Assembly (NCBI RefSeq): GCF_001194135.2
Contig: NC_068981.1
Span: 121,486,567-121,550,566 of the forward strand
Direction of reading: 5' to 3'
DNA length: 64,000 bases
Source: Octopus bimaculoides
Lineage: Eukaryota
The notes below the pieces were generated by a model, which was not told the DNA's origin, made no database searches, and saw only the letters and a list, made by a program, of their open reading frames with translations. Numbering within the stretch: position 1 is the first letter of the stretch; every line of letters begins with the position of its first letter. Below are positions 37,725 to 51,759 of this stretch, piece after piece. The translations under genes were made by a program, and so were the position numbers.

Positions 37725-38165
37725 TCATCACAATCGCAACTGACTACACACACTCGTCGATGAAATCCTAGAAGGTCTTACACCTAGGCAATATAGACCC
37801 CACATACATTCATTTAACACTAAGTCAAAAACGAAAAGCACTAAAATAGCTAATAACAATAGGTCTCGCCACTCACATACATTATCCAAAAATATAAATA
37901 GCAATTCTTTATCTAAAAACTTAGATAGCACTACTCCCGACCTCCTAAAAGGAGTAACGGACGCTCTATTCTGTGGTACACAACCCCATTCGCACTTAAC
38001 GTTAAGAACTTAATTAAAAATCCTTCTTTAAAATACTAGACACTAACTTCTCTCGGCAACATACATATCATTCTATCTTTAATCGATTTACCCTGAAACT
38101 ATTTTATTCTACCCCACCCAAATTCGAATCTATTGTAGCAGCCTCTAATAAAACAAAGCTTTCTC
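37725..38165 (+). mobile_element. Penelope-like element RT/linker remnant
   Basis: ILWY.TPFALNVK..KSFFKILDTNFSRQHTYHSIFNRFTLKLFYS.PKFESIV matches the PLE pattern IIWFNPPFS.NV...F.KLIDKHF..H..HKIFNRNT.K.SYS. Confidence 0.75.
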
Positions 38166-38825
38166 TTTACTATCAAAAGGTTTTGTTTTTATGTCCCCGT
38201 TCATTTTTCTAACGTCCTGTACCTGGATATGCATCTATATATACATGTAGATGTATGTTTGTACATATATGTATGTATACATACATATGCTTATATATCA
38301 TTTGTATTATTATATCATCGAACGCACGCGTCCATTTGCAAGTAAGTTTCAACTTTATATTTCTGACGCGATTCTATCTTTCTATCTATCTGTCTATCTA
38401 TACGTAGATGCATATGTGGGCACTGGACGTCACAAAGCGTAAACAACAAAAAATACGAAGTACGAGTAATATTAACTTTTTTTGCGAATAACGAAAGAAA
38501 CAAATAGAAAAAAACAAGCAACACAATGGACGACCCTCCATCAGTTGTCGGCTGTTTTTCTAATTCGTATTTTAAGCAATTCATGACAAGATACGCCTTT
38601 GATAAAACAGTTGCTCTTGCAGAGCAAATTAAATAAAATTTGGGATTTTGCGGAGGAACAAAATTGGTGCCAAAAATGGGACAGTGAAAATAAACAGGAA
38701 GGTCTGTTAAGCCTAAACGTATACACATATGCATATGTGCCCACATATGCATATGTATATACGTATACATGTAAGTATGTACGTATTCGTATGCATATAT
38801 GCATATATATATTATTTATATTATG

Positions 38826-38870
<45 letters not shown>

Positions 38871-38880
38871 NNNNNNNNNN

Positions 38881-38929
<49 letters not shown>

Positions 38930-39149
38930 TTTGTCAGTCTGTCTGTCTGACTGTATGTCTGTGTGTATTCTACTCATTGCTGTCTTGTAATGATGAATAT
39001 ATTACTTATATCGATCCATCTTATGTTTATCGAATATTACTGATCTACAATATACGGCAACATGACAGATTTGTTAGGACTCCAATACAATTGTTACCTG
39101 CTTTTCTTCCGTACTTGCGTTCCTAGTTCAAATTCCACCAAAGTAGCCT

Positions 39150-39290
39150 CCACTCTTCATACTTTCGGGGTCGATAAAATAAGCAGCAGTTGATCACTGA
39201 GACCGTTGTAATCGACTTACTTACTCACCCGAAATTGGTGGCCTTGTATCAATATTGCTCTTCATATTGCATTTAAGGTAATGCTCACAT
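39150..39290 (+). mobile_element. SINE family A, 3' part
   Basis: catactttcggggtcgataaaataagcagcagttga...gtaatcgacttac...ggccttgt; matches 43625-43830. Confidence 0.7.
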
Positions 39291-39382
39291 TGCTTAAATA
39301 AATTGAAGTAGCATGAAACGTGCACTGCAATCACCTTTGAAATCTGTGTTACTTATTTTTATATATATATATATATATATAT

Positions 39383-39535
39383 GACGGCTTCTTTCAGTTT
39401 CCGTTGAACAAATCTACTTACAAGAAGAATTTGGTCGTCCCGAGGCAATAGTAGAAGGCATTTGCCCAACGTGCCATGCAGTGAGACTGGAATTATATGG
39501 TTGGGACTCAAGCTTCTTACCACACAGTCACATAC
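39383..39535 (-). mobile_element. SINE family B copy
   Basis: Reverse-complement match to 24121-24285. Confidence 0.7.
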
Positions 39536-39619
39536 ATATATAAAGCCTATTCGGCCACGCTTAACACTATATTTGCATCTGTACATGCATCCGCTGACAA
39601 CAATTATTCTGTAGACCTC

Positions 39620-39870
39620 GAGGGAATATCATTCCTTGTAAGGTTCCCCTTCACCCCACTGATGTTCTCAAAAGAATGCGTAAGAAAACAGTCGGTATAT
39701 CTAAAACCAGTGTCGCTTCATGCGTTGCTGCTAGAAAGCAAATATCCCAACTATTATAAATCACATGCACACATCAATGCGGTCGTTCAATGCAGGTCGT
39801 CTGGCTAGTTGGGAAATATTTAATAATCATTACTCGAACACTGGAGCGCTTTATAATTTGTCTTTGTTTC
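39620..39870 (+). mobile_element. Possible PLE GIY-YIG remnant
   Basis: ITCTHQCGRS....ITRTLER is loosely like FTC..CG.SYIG.T.RTL..R. Confidence 0.3.
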
Positions 39871-42639
39871 TAAATTGTCATTCCTCTTAAAGCAATCCAA
39901 CACACTTGCTTTCTCGCCATTTCTCTTGACATTAAAAGTGTTCCTCCAGACATTTCCAAAGAAATGTTTCCTAGACGTTTTACTCACTGAAAGGTACTAC
40001 TTACTCAGAATTTACTTAAAGGCAGAAATATAAACTAAAGAACGTAATAAACTGTGAACTGGTTGAATATAAGCTTAAAATTTCAAACACTGTTCCTATC
40101 ACTGTATAGAATCATAGCCATAATCATATATATTCTTTTACCTAGATATCTAATACTAGTTTGTGTGCATGCACAAACATACACCGCATCCGCACACACC
40201 CTAAAACCTATTTAGACGCCTATAAACTTTGTCCAGATGACAAAGAATAGGGTGGCTTTAAGTTAAGGTAATTTTCTAGAATAATCAATGAAATGAGAAC
40301 TAAGTTCAGTTTTGTAGAAATAACAGGCAAGATTGTTTCAGTTCTCATTTTAAGGCCTTAAAAGTGAATGCCTTCTTAACACTGATTCGAAAAAAAAGGC
40401 AATTTCTAATGACACTGGCTAAACGCTTTTTAATCATAGGGCTCATTTTGAACTTATCAACAAACTTCTTGTAAAAGACATTAGTTCAATACACTCCTAC
40501 GTAGAACATTTCAACATTTAGAGATATCTCGGCTTAGTTTATCCATTATATTCGCCTATTCAAAGATGGCAGTGATATAAGAGAAATTTGAGCGCTATTA
40601 CCAGGAGTTTGAGCTTATTTGTTGTGAGCAAGCTTGCCGAACCTGGTACTACTGTACCAAATTTGGTACTTTTCATGTGCGGTAATGCTTTTGGTACTAC
40701 TTTGCAAAAATGTGTTACTTTTTTCAGATTTTTCGGGCTTTATGTAAAAAAAATATGTTTCGGTGTATGCAAGTAAATAATGTAACAATAAATACATTAC
40801 ATCACTATTGGACTAACTATTTTATATCAAAATGTATTTTGCGACATTTCATAACGAGGCAGTTTACTGCTAATTGGTAGCTAGTCGGTATAGAACGTGT
40901 TCAATACGTGTATCGTACGTATCATCCAATATCGCTGACTTGCCGTCTCTAATGTTTTATACATAAGGGACATGTGCTTCCTTACTATCTCGTTAAGCTT
41001 TTACCAATTATGAGCCCTTTATAACCCCCATGGTGAGCAAGAAAACAAAAGATAAAGGGACTGATGAAATTGACTTCGGATTATTCCGACAAGTTATAAG
41101 ATTGCTAACGAATATTCACTAACGTGTCGCTTTAGCAACGTTTCTGGCTCATGAGAAACATTAGTAACACCTTTCTTATTTAAAATCGTTCTATGAGTGT
41201 TTCACTTTCGGTAGATTCTTGACTCCGCCCGCGTTTTGTTTTGTTTTGCTTTGTTTATACGTTTGAAAATATCAAATGCTTCTCTATGTATTTTCTTCTA
41301 AAATGTTTGTTAAGTACCATCTAAAATTTCCTATTATACAGGTGTCTGTCTACGCTAAATGTATGGTATTGTTGACGGCATCGATGGTGGTAAATGGATA
41401 AAAACATGTGAAGAAAAATGTGATGAAATTGGATCGGTATTCAAATTCTACGTGTTTAAAAGAGTTTATCACATCGAGGCGGTTTTTCCACAAGTACGAA
41501 CATACAAACATGGACACACACATAATGTAATATAATGGACATCATTTTTTTATTATATATCTGTGAGTGTGTGTGTGGAGTGGATGCATGAGATATTCTG
41601 TTTATTATACAGCAGAAGTTCAGAAGGGAATAGTATCTATAATAAAGATACAAAAGATCTTATCACGTAGAAATGACACTGATGAAATATATAGTACGTA
41701 CGAACTTATTTCTTATGTCTTGATGGACACGTGCTCTTGATCTTAAATACTGTAGAAAATTTTGTAAATGGCAATGGCAGTGATCCAATTTAACATTCTC
41801 ACACATCCTAGCTTCTAGAAGGAGGAATCTGAATTAATAAGATTCCTTAAGATTTAATTTTATTACCTTAAATATATATATCGCAACAAACCTGTCGTTT
41901 TTCCCACAAGGATTATTTCAACCTATACATAGCAAATATTGTTTTCATTATTCTCGGCGTACGTTCTCAAAGAAAACCGCTTTCAGTCTTCTTCACCTGG
42001 AGACGATTGCTTTGTCTATAAATATTTTAAAGAGTCACCCTCCGTTTTTGACTTTTGCCCATTTTTTTTTCTGTACTTTAAGAATTAATCTAAAAGTGGA
42101 TTCATTTTCTGAAGCAAAATTGTTGTTGGACTCTGTCATCTATGCTATTGATAAATCTCAATAACGAATACACTGTTATTTCCTAAGCTACTCTTCTATG
42201 ATTACTAAGAGTTTATTATAGATTATCTATTCATTCATCTAGTTGTTATAGGTAACTGATAGACTATTATTCATAGAAGTGATTTACTTAGTATTTAAAG
42301 CGATGCAATATAGTAGAATATAGAATATTTCGACAGACCTAATCTATCATGCTTTTCCTTGTATTCATTCATATATTTTTGGACTGATATATATTTCTCT
42401 TGCTTTAAATAGCGTGGCAAATATTATGCCCTCGTAAACAGTGAACTAATAAGAGTGTAAGGATAAATTTTAGTGACATACCCGTTGGCACTGTAGATGA
42501 AAATTTAAATGCGTTAATCTAGAATTGCAAGTACCAATTCATTTGCATATATTGTTAAAGAAGAGGCGAAATTATACGTTTCAGTAGTACTAAAAATTGT
42601 CCAACTTGGTGCTTTACCAAATGGTTTTAACTGAGTTCA

Positions 42640-43151
42640 AATCAGTGCTAAAAATTTAATTTTCATTCATGTCATGCGGGATCCAGTTATCGAGATTTTT
42701 CACCTTACCGATTTTCTTCAGAAGATCCGATACTGTTGAAACGCTAACATCAAGAAATATGAGACATTTCTCTGACACTTTGTCGTGAGTTTTCAAATGT
42801 TTTCAAATGCTAATCACCAAAGGTGAATGGACGTCCTCTCTCTTCTTGAACTTCAAGTCTCTCATCCCCACTACGGAATCTCTCAAACCACCGTCGTACC
42901 ATCCCATCACTAGTGGACCCTTCACTCCATGCTCATGATATTGGAGGCCGTTTGAGAAGCATTATGTCCAAGCTTAAATTCATGCTAAGAACGAAAATGC
43001 ATTTCTTCATTTTTCTTCTTTGAAAGAAATAAATAAAAATTTCGTAAGGAGTACACATCAATTATTAAGCATGTAAAATTTCTTCTAAAACACTACAAAT
43101 ATAACATCTTAAATTGAATTTGAAAAAACGTATTTTCCGAACAATCTAATA
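42640..43151 (-). mobile_element. Mariner 5' half, cecropia-like, decayed
   Basis: HEFKLGHNASQTA..VRRWFERFRSGD..GRP..KIGKVKNLDNWIPH; terminus tattagattgttcggaaaa at 43151. Confidence 0.85.
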
Positions 43152-43379
43152 CATTTTTTTTTATATACTACTTGGTGTGTAATAGAATTAGGGTAATAGA
43201 ATTAGTGTTCTTACAGCTGTTAAGAATTGTTTTTGTAAGTTATCTATGGAATGATAGGCGAACATTGGTGGACGTTGGGAAATACTTTGGTGGCAACAAA
43301 CAAAAACAAAAAGAAAATTCTTAAAACTAAGCAGATTTGGTAAATAATTGATTTTTCCTTTTTTATATATATAGCATGA

Positions 43380-43595
43380 ATATTGATTCCAAAATTTGGT
43401 ACAAGGATAGTCATTTCAGATGAGTGGGTAGGTCAACTCTATCGACTGCAGAGATCCAACTGGTAACATTTTGATCGACCCCGAAAAGATGAGAAGCTAA
43501 ATCGACTCCGGCAGAATATGAAATCAGAATGTAAAGACGTATGAAATGCCGGCTCGTGCCGGCTCGTGCTGACGATACTGCCGGCTCGCCGCTTT
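43380..43595 (-). mobile_element. SINE family A copy
   Basis: Reverse-complement homologue of 43625-43830. Confidence 0.75.
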
Positions 43596-43624
43596 ATTGA
43601 AGACAGCAGTATTAATTGTCTCCA

Positions 43625-43830
43625 CGGAGTCGAGCTAAGAGAATCATTGGCCCGCCGGGTAACGTGTTTAGCGGCATTTTCTCCGTCTTTGCGTTCTGAG
43701 TTGAAATTCCGCCGAGGTCGAAATTTGCCTTTCATTCTTTGGGAGTCAATAAAATAAATATCAGTTGAGCAATGGGGTTACCTAACTCAATCCCCAAAAT
43801 TTCTGGCCTTGTGCCAAAATTTGAAAGCAA
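43625..43830 (+). mobile_element. SINE family A, near full length, tRNA-like head
   Basis: A-box-like gagctaagagaatcattgg, B-box-like gagttgaaattcc, 3' ggccttgtgccaaaatttgaa. Confidence 0.8.
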
Positions 43831-43869
43831 TATTAATCGTCTGTAACGTAGGCGCAAGAACAGATATAA

Positions 43870-44000
43870 GTGGGAGGTGATTAGGTACGTAGATCGTACC
43901 CAGTACTTCATATATGACCACGAAATTATGAAAACCAATGTACACCTAGGAGGGATTTGAATTCAGGACTTGAAGATGCCTTAATGATTCTGCCAATCAG
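43870..44000 (-). mobile_element. Degenerate SINE family A copy
   Basis: cagtacttcatatatgaccacgaaattatgaaa..ggatttgaattcagga..gattctgcca. Confidence 0.5.
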
Positions 44001-44096
44001 TCTCCGAAATTTAACTCGAAGGAGTTATTTGTGAAGTGCTGTATTACTCTTGAAAAATACCTTAGGAATGGGAACCCAGTTTCGAAATTTCCCCAA

Positions 44097-44142
44097 GACA
44101 GCTGATGAAGGCTGGGGGGTATATCAGCCGAAATGTTGTGTT
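44097..44142 (+). ncRNA. Decayed minimal type I hammerhead within a PLE pseudo-LTR-like repeat (about 44060-44230)
   Basis: GACAG-CUGAUGA-A-GGCUG GGGGGUAUAU CAGCC-GAAA-UG-UU-GUGUU; first stem I pair is G.G; UG in stem III may be CpG decay of CG. Confidence 0.55.
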
Positions 44143-46249
44143 AACAACAAACAAGATGATGACAAATATCCTTCAAATATAAATAATGTAAATAATGTAT
44201 ATAATTCCTCATCTCTTAAATATAGAACTATACAAAGACTTACCTGTATTACTCAATAGTTTCATGCAATGTTCTTCATAACACTGGGCAATCTCGTGTT
44301 AATATGGAGTGTGTAGTATCGTAATTTTTTTGGCTTTAACACTAAAGTAACACTTATTCTTTTGTTGTTTCTATTATTCTTTTATATCTTACATGTTGTG
44401 TAGAAACACACCGAAGTTGCAATGGTTGAAGAATTGCTAATAAATGCTGAAAATATGAATTACCAAAATAGTTTCGCGGCACTTGGTGTTGACAGGGTTA
44501 AAACGAGGAAAGCAATTTTATTAATACATTCCTTAGATTCCTTGATCGTACATGTGTATTTGAACAACATACTTCATATCCAATCAGGAATGCTAAGACA
44601 ATTATAATAGTTCTTGCCAATTTCCTTCTATCAGAAAAGGTTTTGAATGTGCTTAAAATAAAATTAGATTCTGCAAAACTATGCTAATAAGCAACGATCT
44701 CACACGAAAACGTGACTTCATCTTTTACGATTCCTTTTTTTTTAACTTCAGAGAATTAACCTGAGATGAATTCAAATATGCTACTGATTATAATGATCAT
44801 GATGACGATAATGGTGGTGGAGATGATGAAAATTAAGATGATGAGAATGATGTTGATGAGTAGGATGGTGTGGAGGATTATGGTAACGAGGTTGAACATA
44901 TTATTATAATAATCATGATGAAAAATTGCGATTGTGCGAGGTATTTCATGTCGGCACAGTAGCTTTATTCCTACATAAGAGTTTGAATAGATACTTGACA
45001 TCGAAATCATTCACATTCCGCTATAATCTTATATTCTTAGAACAAGTACGATTATAGAGATTGGTTTAAATTTTATCGCTGACCTATATATTTCTGAAGA
45101 ATTCATTACAGTAGTCAAATTGAGTATGGTGAGTCGGTATGTATATTGGTACTTATTAGCAACAACGAACGCAACGCTATGCATTTATCTTACGAAGAAT
45201 TTTTTCATACATTAGAGTTAGTGTGCAATATGTAGCAGAGATGGTAGGAATAAAATTTGCTGGCAGACAATTGATGCTGCCTTTAAAAAATAATAAACTG
45301 AAGGTATCAAATTCGAAAATAAAAGAAATTGTTTTCCCAAACAGTGCACTTATTGAGCCAACATTGCGTTTATGTATATTCTACATCTTCAGCAGCTGTA
45401 TTAAAAGAAAAGAATAGAATATATTGCCTGGGCGATACATGTTTTCCGACTATATAGTCATTTATTATTGCAAGTGTTATTCCAGTGATGTTTGAGTTAT
45501 TTTCCTGCCTTCTAATGCTGGATAGTTTAAAATATACCAATTTAATGTAATACTAAAATAAAGATTTGCATACTCACATATACTTTAAAATGATTCTTCC
45601 TGCATTCTTACCATGTAATTTCAAAGCTTACTCAACTAATATGTACATTTTCTTTGCACGCCTTTTGAATAAAATTGAATATGCCTTACATAAATATTCC
45701 TAATCTTTGGTACTAGTTTCAAAATTGCTCTTAAAATAGTAGATACATTTTAAGGATATATTTGAAATCATTACCTAAAATTGGGTATCATGTACACTTT
45801 ACATGAGAATAGCAAAATATTTCTTAGAAATTTCATCCAGTGTAATAGACTTTGTATGATAAATATAGGTACTTCAGTAACAGATATAAATACAATAAAA
45901 TTATGTATTCCAGTAGATTTCTTTTCCTCTACGACTAAGTCACTAAAAGATTTGGAAGAGTTTAAAATTCGATAGACATTGTTTTCCATTTTCTGACTTT
46001 GACACTTATTATCATGCACGAAAAGAGATCTTTTGTGTTTAGTTATGTTCAATTTATGTTACACATAATGGCCAGATATAGTCGTTGGAAAGTGCGATGA
46101 GGCTGAGGTTTGTCATCTATGCTGAGTTCGTTTTTTTTTTTTTTAATATAATGTGGAACTATTCATTTTGTGAAGTATAAATGTTCATACAATGGATACT
46201 GTCTGTTAGGAACTGATCAACACATTCAAAAACTTAGAATACAGTTGAT

Positions 46250-46629
<380 letters not shown>

Positions 46630-46689
46630 TACTTTCTGGCTGGATTATTTGACAGAAGTACACCAAAGTTTTGCTGCTTTCCTAACTGA

Positions 46690-47830
46690 TATCATCCAGA
46701 ACTCAGAGGTGGCTGAGCGAGGGAATAACATACCTTCTACCAAAAACTGAAGACACAAAAAATCCACCACGTACAAGATCCTCACATCCGTACTAACTGA
46801 AACAATATACACTTTCCTGAAACAGAACTCTATCCTTCCACAAGTTCAAAATCGTTGGAAAAGGAATTCTTATGGATGCAAAGATAAATTATTCATAAAT
46901 AAAATGATTGTAGAGAATTGCCGGAGCAACAAGAAGTACCTGATTATGGTATGGGTAGACTACAGAAAGCGTTTGATTGTGTCGCACATAATTGGCTACT
47001 CAAGGCCCTCGAGATATATATGATCTGTCCTGTCGTCTCTAAATTCTTACATGGTAGCATGGTCAAATGGAATACCCGTCTCCTTCTAAACCATAGTAAT
47101 GGTATGAGCCAATCTAACAACATCAACATCAAATTAGATATCTTTCAAAGTGACTCCTCTCGCCATTACTCTTTTGTATGACACTGATCCCACTCTGAAA
47201 CGAACTGAGCAACATCAGGTATGGGTTCAAAATGTATAATATTAGAGTCAATCATTTGTTTTATATGGACAATCTGAAACAGTTTGCCAGAAATGACAAA
47301 GAGCTGTTAAGGCTGTTAACAACTGTTAAAGAGTTCAGCAATGGATTTATAAGTGTGCTAAAATAACTTTTGTAAGAGACAAGCTCAAGGAAAACGCTTC
47401 CGTTATATTGGATAACGACACGACCATCAAGGAGCTTGACCCACAACAAAGCTATAAATACCTGGAGACAGAAGAAAGAGACGGTATACAACATGCAACT
47501 ATGAAGGAAAAGATACGAAAGGAGTATTACAGAAGAAATGAACTCATACTAAAAACTGAACTCACTTCCAAAACTCGCACCCTTGCACTTCTAGTAGTCC
47601 TATACAGTTTTAACATCATTAACCGGAATCTTCCAGATCTCCAACGCCTGGACAGGAAAGCAAGGAACTACTCACATCTGAGAACATGCACACTCAAAAG
47701 TAGCCGTTGAGCGTCTGTACCTACATAGAAGTAACGGGGGGGGGCGGGAAATGATGCAGGTAGAACTGGGCTATAACACCCCACAAAAGCAATGAGCACG
47801 TCCTTATCTAGTACAAATGACTGGTTGTTA
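46690..47830 (+). mobile_element. Decayed R4/Dong-like LINE RT
   Basis: GCKDKLFINKMIVENC, MVWVDYRKAFDCVAHNWLLKALEIY, DIFQSDS, NHLFYMDNLK, YKYLE..HATMKEKIRKEYYRR. Confidence 0.9.
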
Positions 47831-49227
47831 TTCATGTGCCTTGTGCATCCTTACCAGACGGGTAGTCATGATTCAAATGTCGCGTCGGGTTGACTAAGAG
47901 ACTGCATGTGTAAACTGGTAAAAAAATATCAATGAGGAAGTCCGTCTTATAAATACTACATCTTTATATATTGTCCATGTGTTCGGTTATCGTGAAGTAT
48001 ATGCAAGTGCTATATGTCCTAAAAATGCACTTTAGTTATCTGATATATAATGATCGATAAACTATACACCAAAATGACATGTTTAACACGAAATGGTCTA
48101 CAATAAATTACTTGATGTTGGTGATCGAGACTCATTACAATCCAATGTCAGAAGACTTTAAAAGGAACAATGCAAACAGCAGCAGCAATATGTTGTTTTG
48201 ATGTTGATCAGAGTCCTTTTTAAATACGCATGTTTAGTTATTAGTGTCGTGGTCTTAAGCAATTCATATGAAAACTTACCGCTAATACGACTGTCAGCAT
48301 AGATATCGTAACCAAATCGATCAGTAATGCTAATTAAATAGCTTACACCTACAGTAGGTAAGAATCCACTTGAAATCAGTAACGAAATATATTTATACTT
48401 TTATCAAAACTTGATAAAATTAATGCCATTGAAGTTTCTCATTTCGTTTTTATTATATAAAAAGAAGTATTCTATAAACTGTCCAAACTCATTAAGTAAC
48501 GTTAAACCCATTTTATTTAAATTTGAGTTACAACTTAAGTACGATTTGTGTATTTCGGTCAAAAGATTAGGGTTAATAGTCGAACTGTATATTTTGAAAA
48601 ATCGCATACATTTAATGTTGCATTTCCAATCATAAAATTTACAATATCAAGTATGTTGGTCAGGCAATCTTTATATTTATTGCTTTCTGTTCAATACAAC
48701 CAGAAATAGATCAAGAAAACTTTATAGGCAGAACAAACGACTGTGACAAGAAAGCGGTTGGGTGAAAGAAGAGTGAATTTGAAAGCACGTCACTTCATAT
48801 ACATGCAAAATTCTTAGCTTTCTTCTTCAAGAACAATACTTCCTTTACTTTCTGTGATACACGTAAAGAGTTTTAATACATTTCAACTGTAATAGTAGTT
48901 TGACTTTCATCTTCTGTCTGTCAGTATTCTCGATTTAGAATGTTAAATGTAAAGCTCTTTCTGGCATATCAAATCCTTCTTGGATGTCAAAAGTAGTTAG
49001 CAAATGCCTGCTGTCAACGAAGACATATCAACTCTCGCAGTAATTCAATGATATCTGTAAAGCAAGAGTAATTTTCTGAGAGATTGGTCACCCAGAATAG
49101 AACTAAACGGAAACTTCCCAATAATTAATTGAAGCCTAAAATGTTAGGTAATCGAGAGAACTGCATGTAGTATAGACAGTTAAATATGTACAACAAAGTA
49201 AATATATGTATCAAACATGCATATATA

Positions 49228-49274
<47 letters not shown>

Positions 49275-49579
49275 NNNNNNNNNNNNNNNNNNNNNNNNNN
49301 NNNNNNNNNNNNNNNNNNNNNNNNNNNNNNNNNNNNNNNNNNNNNNNNNNNNNNNNNNNNNNNNNNNNNNNNNNNNNNNNNNNNNNNNNNNNNTATCAAC
49401 CATGGTTCTTTACATGTGAAACAAAGGTCTTTCACCGAAAAGTACACATATATTATTTTATTTTTTGTTGTTGAAAAGACATTTTGTTTTATTTTCCGCA
49501 GAATTTTCATTTGATAGAGTATCTGTATGTGTATCATTGTTGATATTTTTATTGATGTTTTTGTCGTGGTTGCTGTTAT

Positions 49580-50990
49580 CTTTGTGACTACATGTTCTGC
49601 CTTTGCGTAACTGTTTAAGGTACCAAGCTAAGTTGTTTTCTTTGCTTTTGCTACAATTTTCACAAATAATCAGTCCTCTAACACCTTTCTGTCTTTCAAC
49701 ATCACTCTCTTCAATGGAGTTCTTTATACATCTTCATCAATTTCCAAGTATTCTAATCAATACTTTCTACTTTACCCTAATTTCAAGTCCTACTCCATAA
49801 CACACGAGATATACAGCCAGTGTATTCGTTTCTTTGATCTTATTCCTTCTATCGAATTTAGATGATATTACAAGTCTCATCTACCAGAGATTTTATTTTT
49901 TTAACATCTTCAGTTCTTTCTTTTGATCTTATCCAACTAAATGGCTCCAAAATGTTTTTATCCTTTCTATCGCACTTCTTTGATAGTCTGGCTATACCCA
50001 AGCTCAACCCCTCTTTGTTAGTTTCCCAGGTTTCTTTTTTATCCCTAAACCAATCTTAATAACCCTGACTAATCAAGTAATTTGTAGTAGATGTTAAGCT
50101 GTTAATTTCCTCATCTTTCGCCAATAACCTATGGATAACAGATGGTTTATCGTAATACAATCAAGCATATATCGCATTTTCACCTTTCTAAGGCTTTAGA
50201 CCAGGAAGCGATACAGAAGACAATGAAAAGTGGCGATAAATTGTCTTTCTGAAAATGTATCATCGCGTATGCTAACAGATCCTGACTGTTCTCTGCAGGA
50301 AATTAACTCTGTTTTCCAGCTGACCATCGATCTTCATATAAACTTATATACATTGTCTGGCACTTGAGTAAATTCCAGGCATTCTAATATCTAGATGTGG
50401 GTGAGGGGGGTCATATCGTAGACTTTCTTATAGCCCAACCAGGTCATAGCTCAATTCTTGCCTCTTACAATTCGTGAGGATTGTTTTACGAACCAAAAGT
50501 TGATATTTATACCCCTGCTATTCTTTTTATACCTTTTCTGCTCTTCCAGGAAAATTTCGTTTGTCTGAAGCAAATTATATATGGTCTCAAATATGATTTC
50601 AGTCATAAGTTTCAACATTATTGGTGAGCAAGATATGGGTCTACAATTATCTACTGCACTATCTTTAGTAGGGTCCTTTTGACAGAGCACAGTCCTTCCC
50701 GCTATCACCCATATGGGCATCTCTGCTCGGTTGCTTAGCGTGTACTTCATTTAAGCTACGTCGCTTTCAATTTTTGTCGCTCTTTCCAGAAGCTGTGCGT
50801 TCGTTTTCTGTAATTTTTTAGACTCCCCACCCTTAACATCGACAGGCCTATTCCGTTTCAGCTACATTCAGCTTCTTCGACCCTCTTGTTCCGGCAGCAT
50901 TACGATGACGACTGACCCAATGCTGCTTATATATGGGGAACCTGCTAGCGAAGATACCTTCAGAGCTACTTCCTCCAGCATCATTAACTC
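49580..50990 (-). mobile_element. Decayed R4/Dong-like LINE RT, one continuous copy
   Basis: GRTVLCQKDP..DNCRPISC, YKKVYDM, ILECLEF, INHLL, YKHFGA, EKSDVERQK, KENNLAWYL. Confidence 0.85.
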
Positions 50991-51377
50991 TCTTATTTCT
51001 AGTTAATTGTTTCTACATTATTCATTCAAATATTTTCCCCATTTTAGTCAAACTGAGATCAATGTTTTGAGACACCATCCCTAGTGATTGTTGTAAACAA
51101 CTGAATGAGGCACTCAGACTATAAAATTGAGGTGAGCAATCATGTGCTGTGTTCAACCCTGTACTCTAGACAGCACAAGATTACAAACATTATGACTCTC
51201 ATTATGGATCTTGTTTTCCTTCCCGCAAGGTGTCAAACATCGTCCTCCTTACCATTCTAACCTGAGCGATTTACCAATTCAGTTTCATTATTGCTATTAA
51301 TAGTTGTTGTCGGTTGTGTTGGTGTTGGTGTTGCTGCTGTCTGCACCAGCCACCACGTCAACTAATTTTGTAGTCAG

Positions 51378-51381
51378 AAAT

Positions 51382-51426
<45 letters not shown>

Positions 51427-51510
51427 AAGAGAGAGGGGGAAGGGAGAAAGAGAAAGAGAGAAGAAGAGAGAAAGAGAGAGAGAGAGGAAGAGAGAAAGAG
51501 AGGTGTGGGA
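51378..51510. repeat. (GA)n-rich homopurine tract
   Basis: About 130 bp of nearly pure A/G. Confidence 0.9.
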
Positions 51511-51759
51511 AGGATATTGAGAAATAGTTGATAGACGAAGGAGCAAGAGTTATAAATGGAAGTAGTTGGTGGGTGTCAGAGAATGACTGCTAGAGACGGG
51601 GTGGAAAGTTAGGGTATCGCATTCATCTTGCCAGTGGAGAATTCGAGCATATATGTGTGTATGTATGTGTGTGTATATATATATGTGTGTGTGTGTATGT
51701 GTGTGTGTGTGTGCGTGCGCGTGCGTGTGCGCGCGCGTGTGTGTGTGTGCGTGTGTGTA

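Noticed and set aside
45771-46052. 93-aa minus-strand ORF; also 48404-48635 and 13814-14157
   Set aside because: AT-rich, open on both strands or lacking convincing splice pairs, and no recognisable motif.
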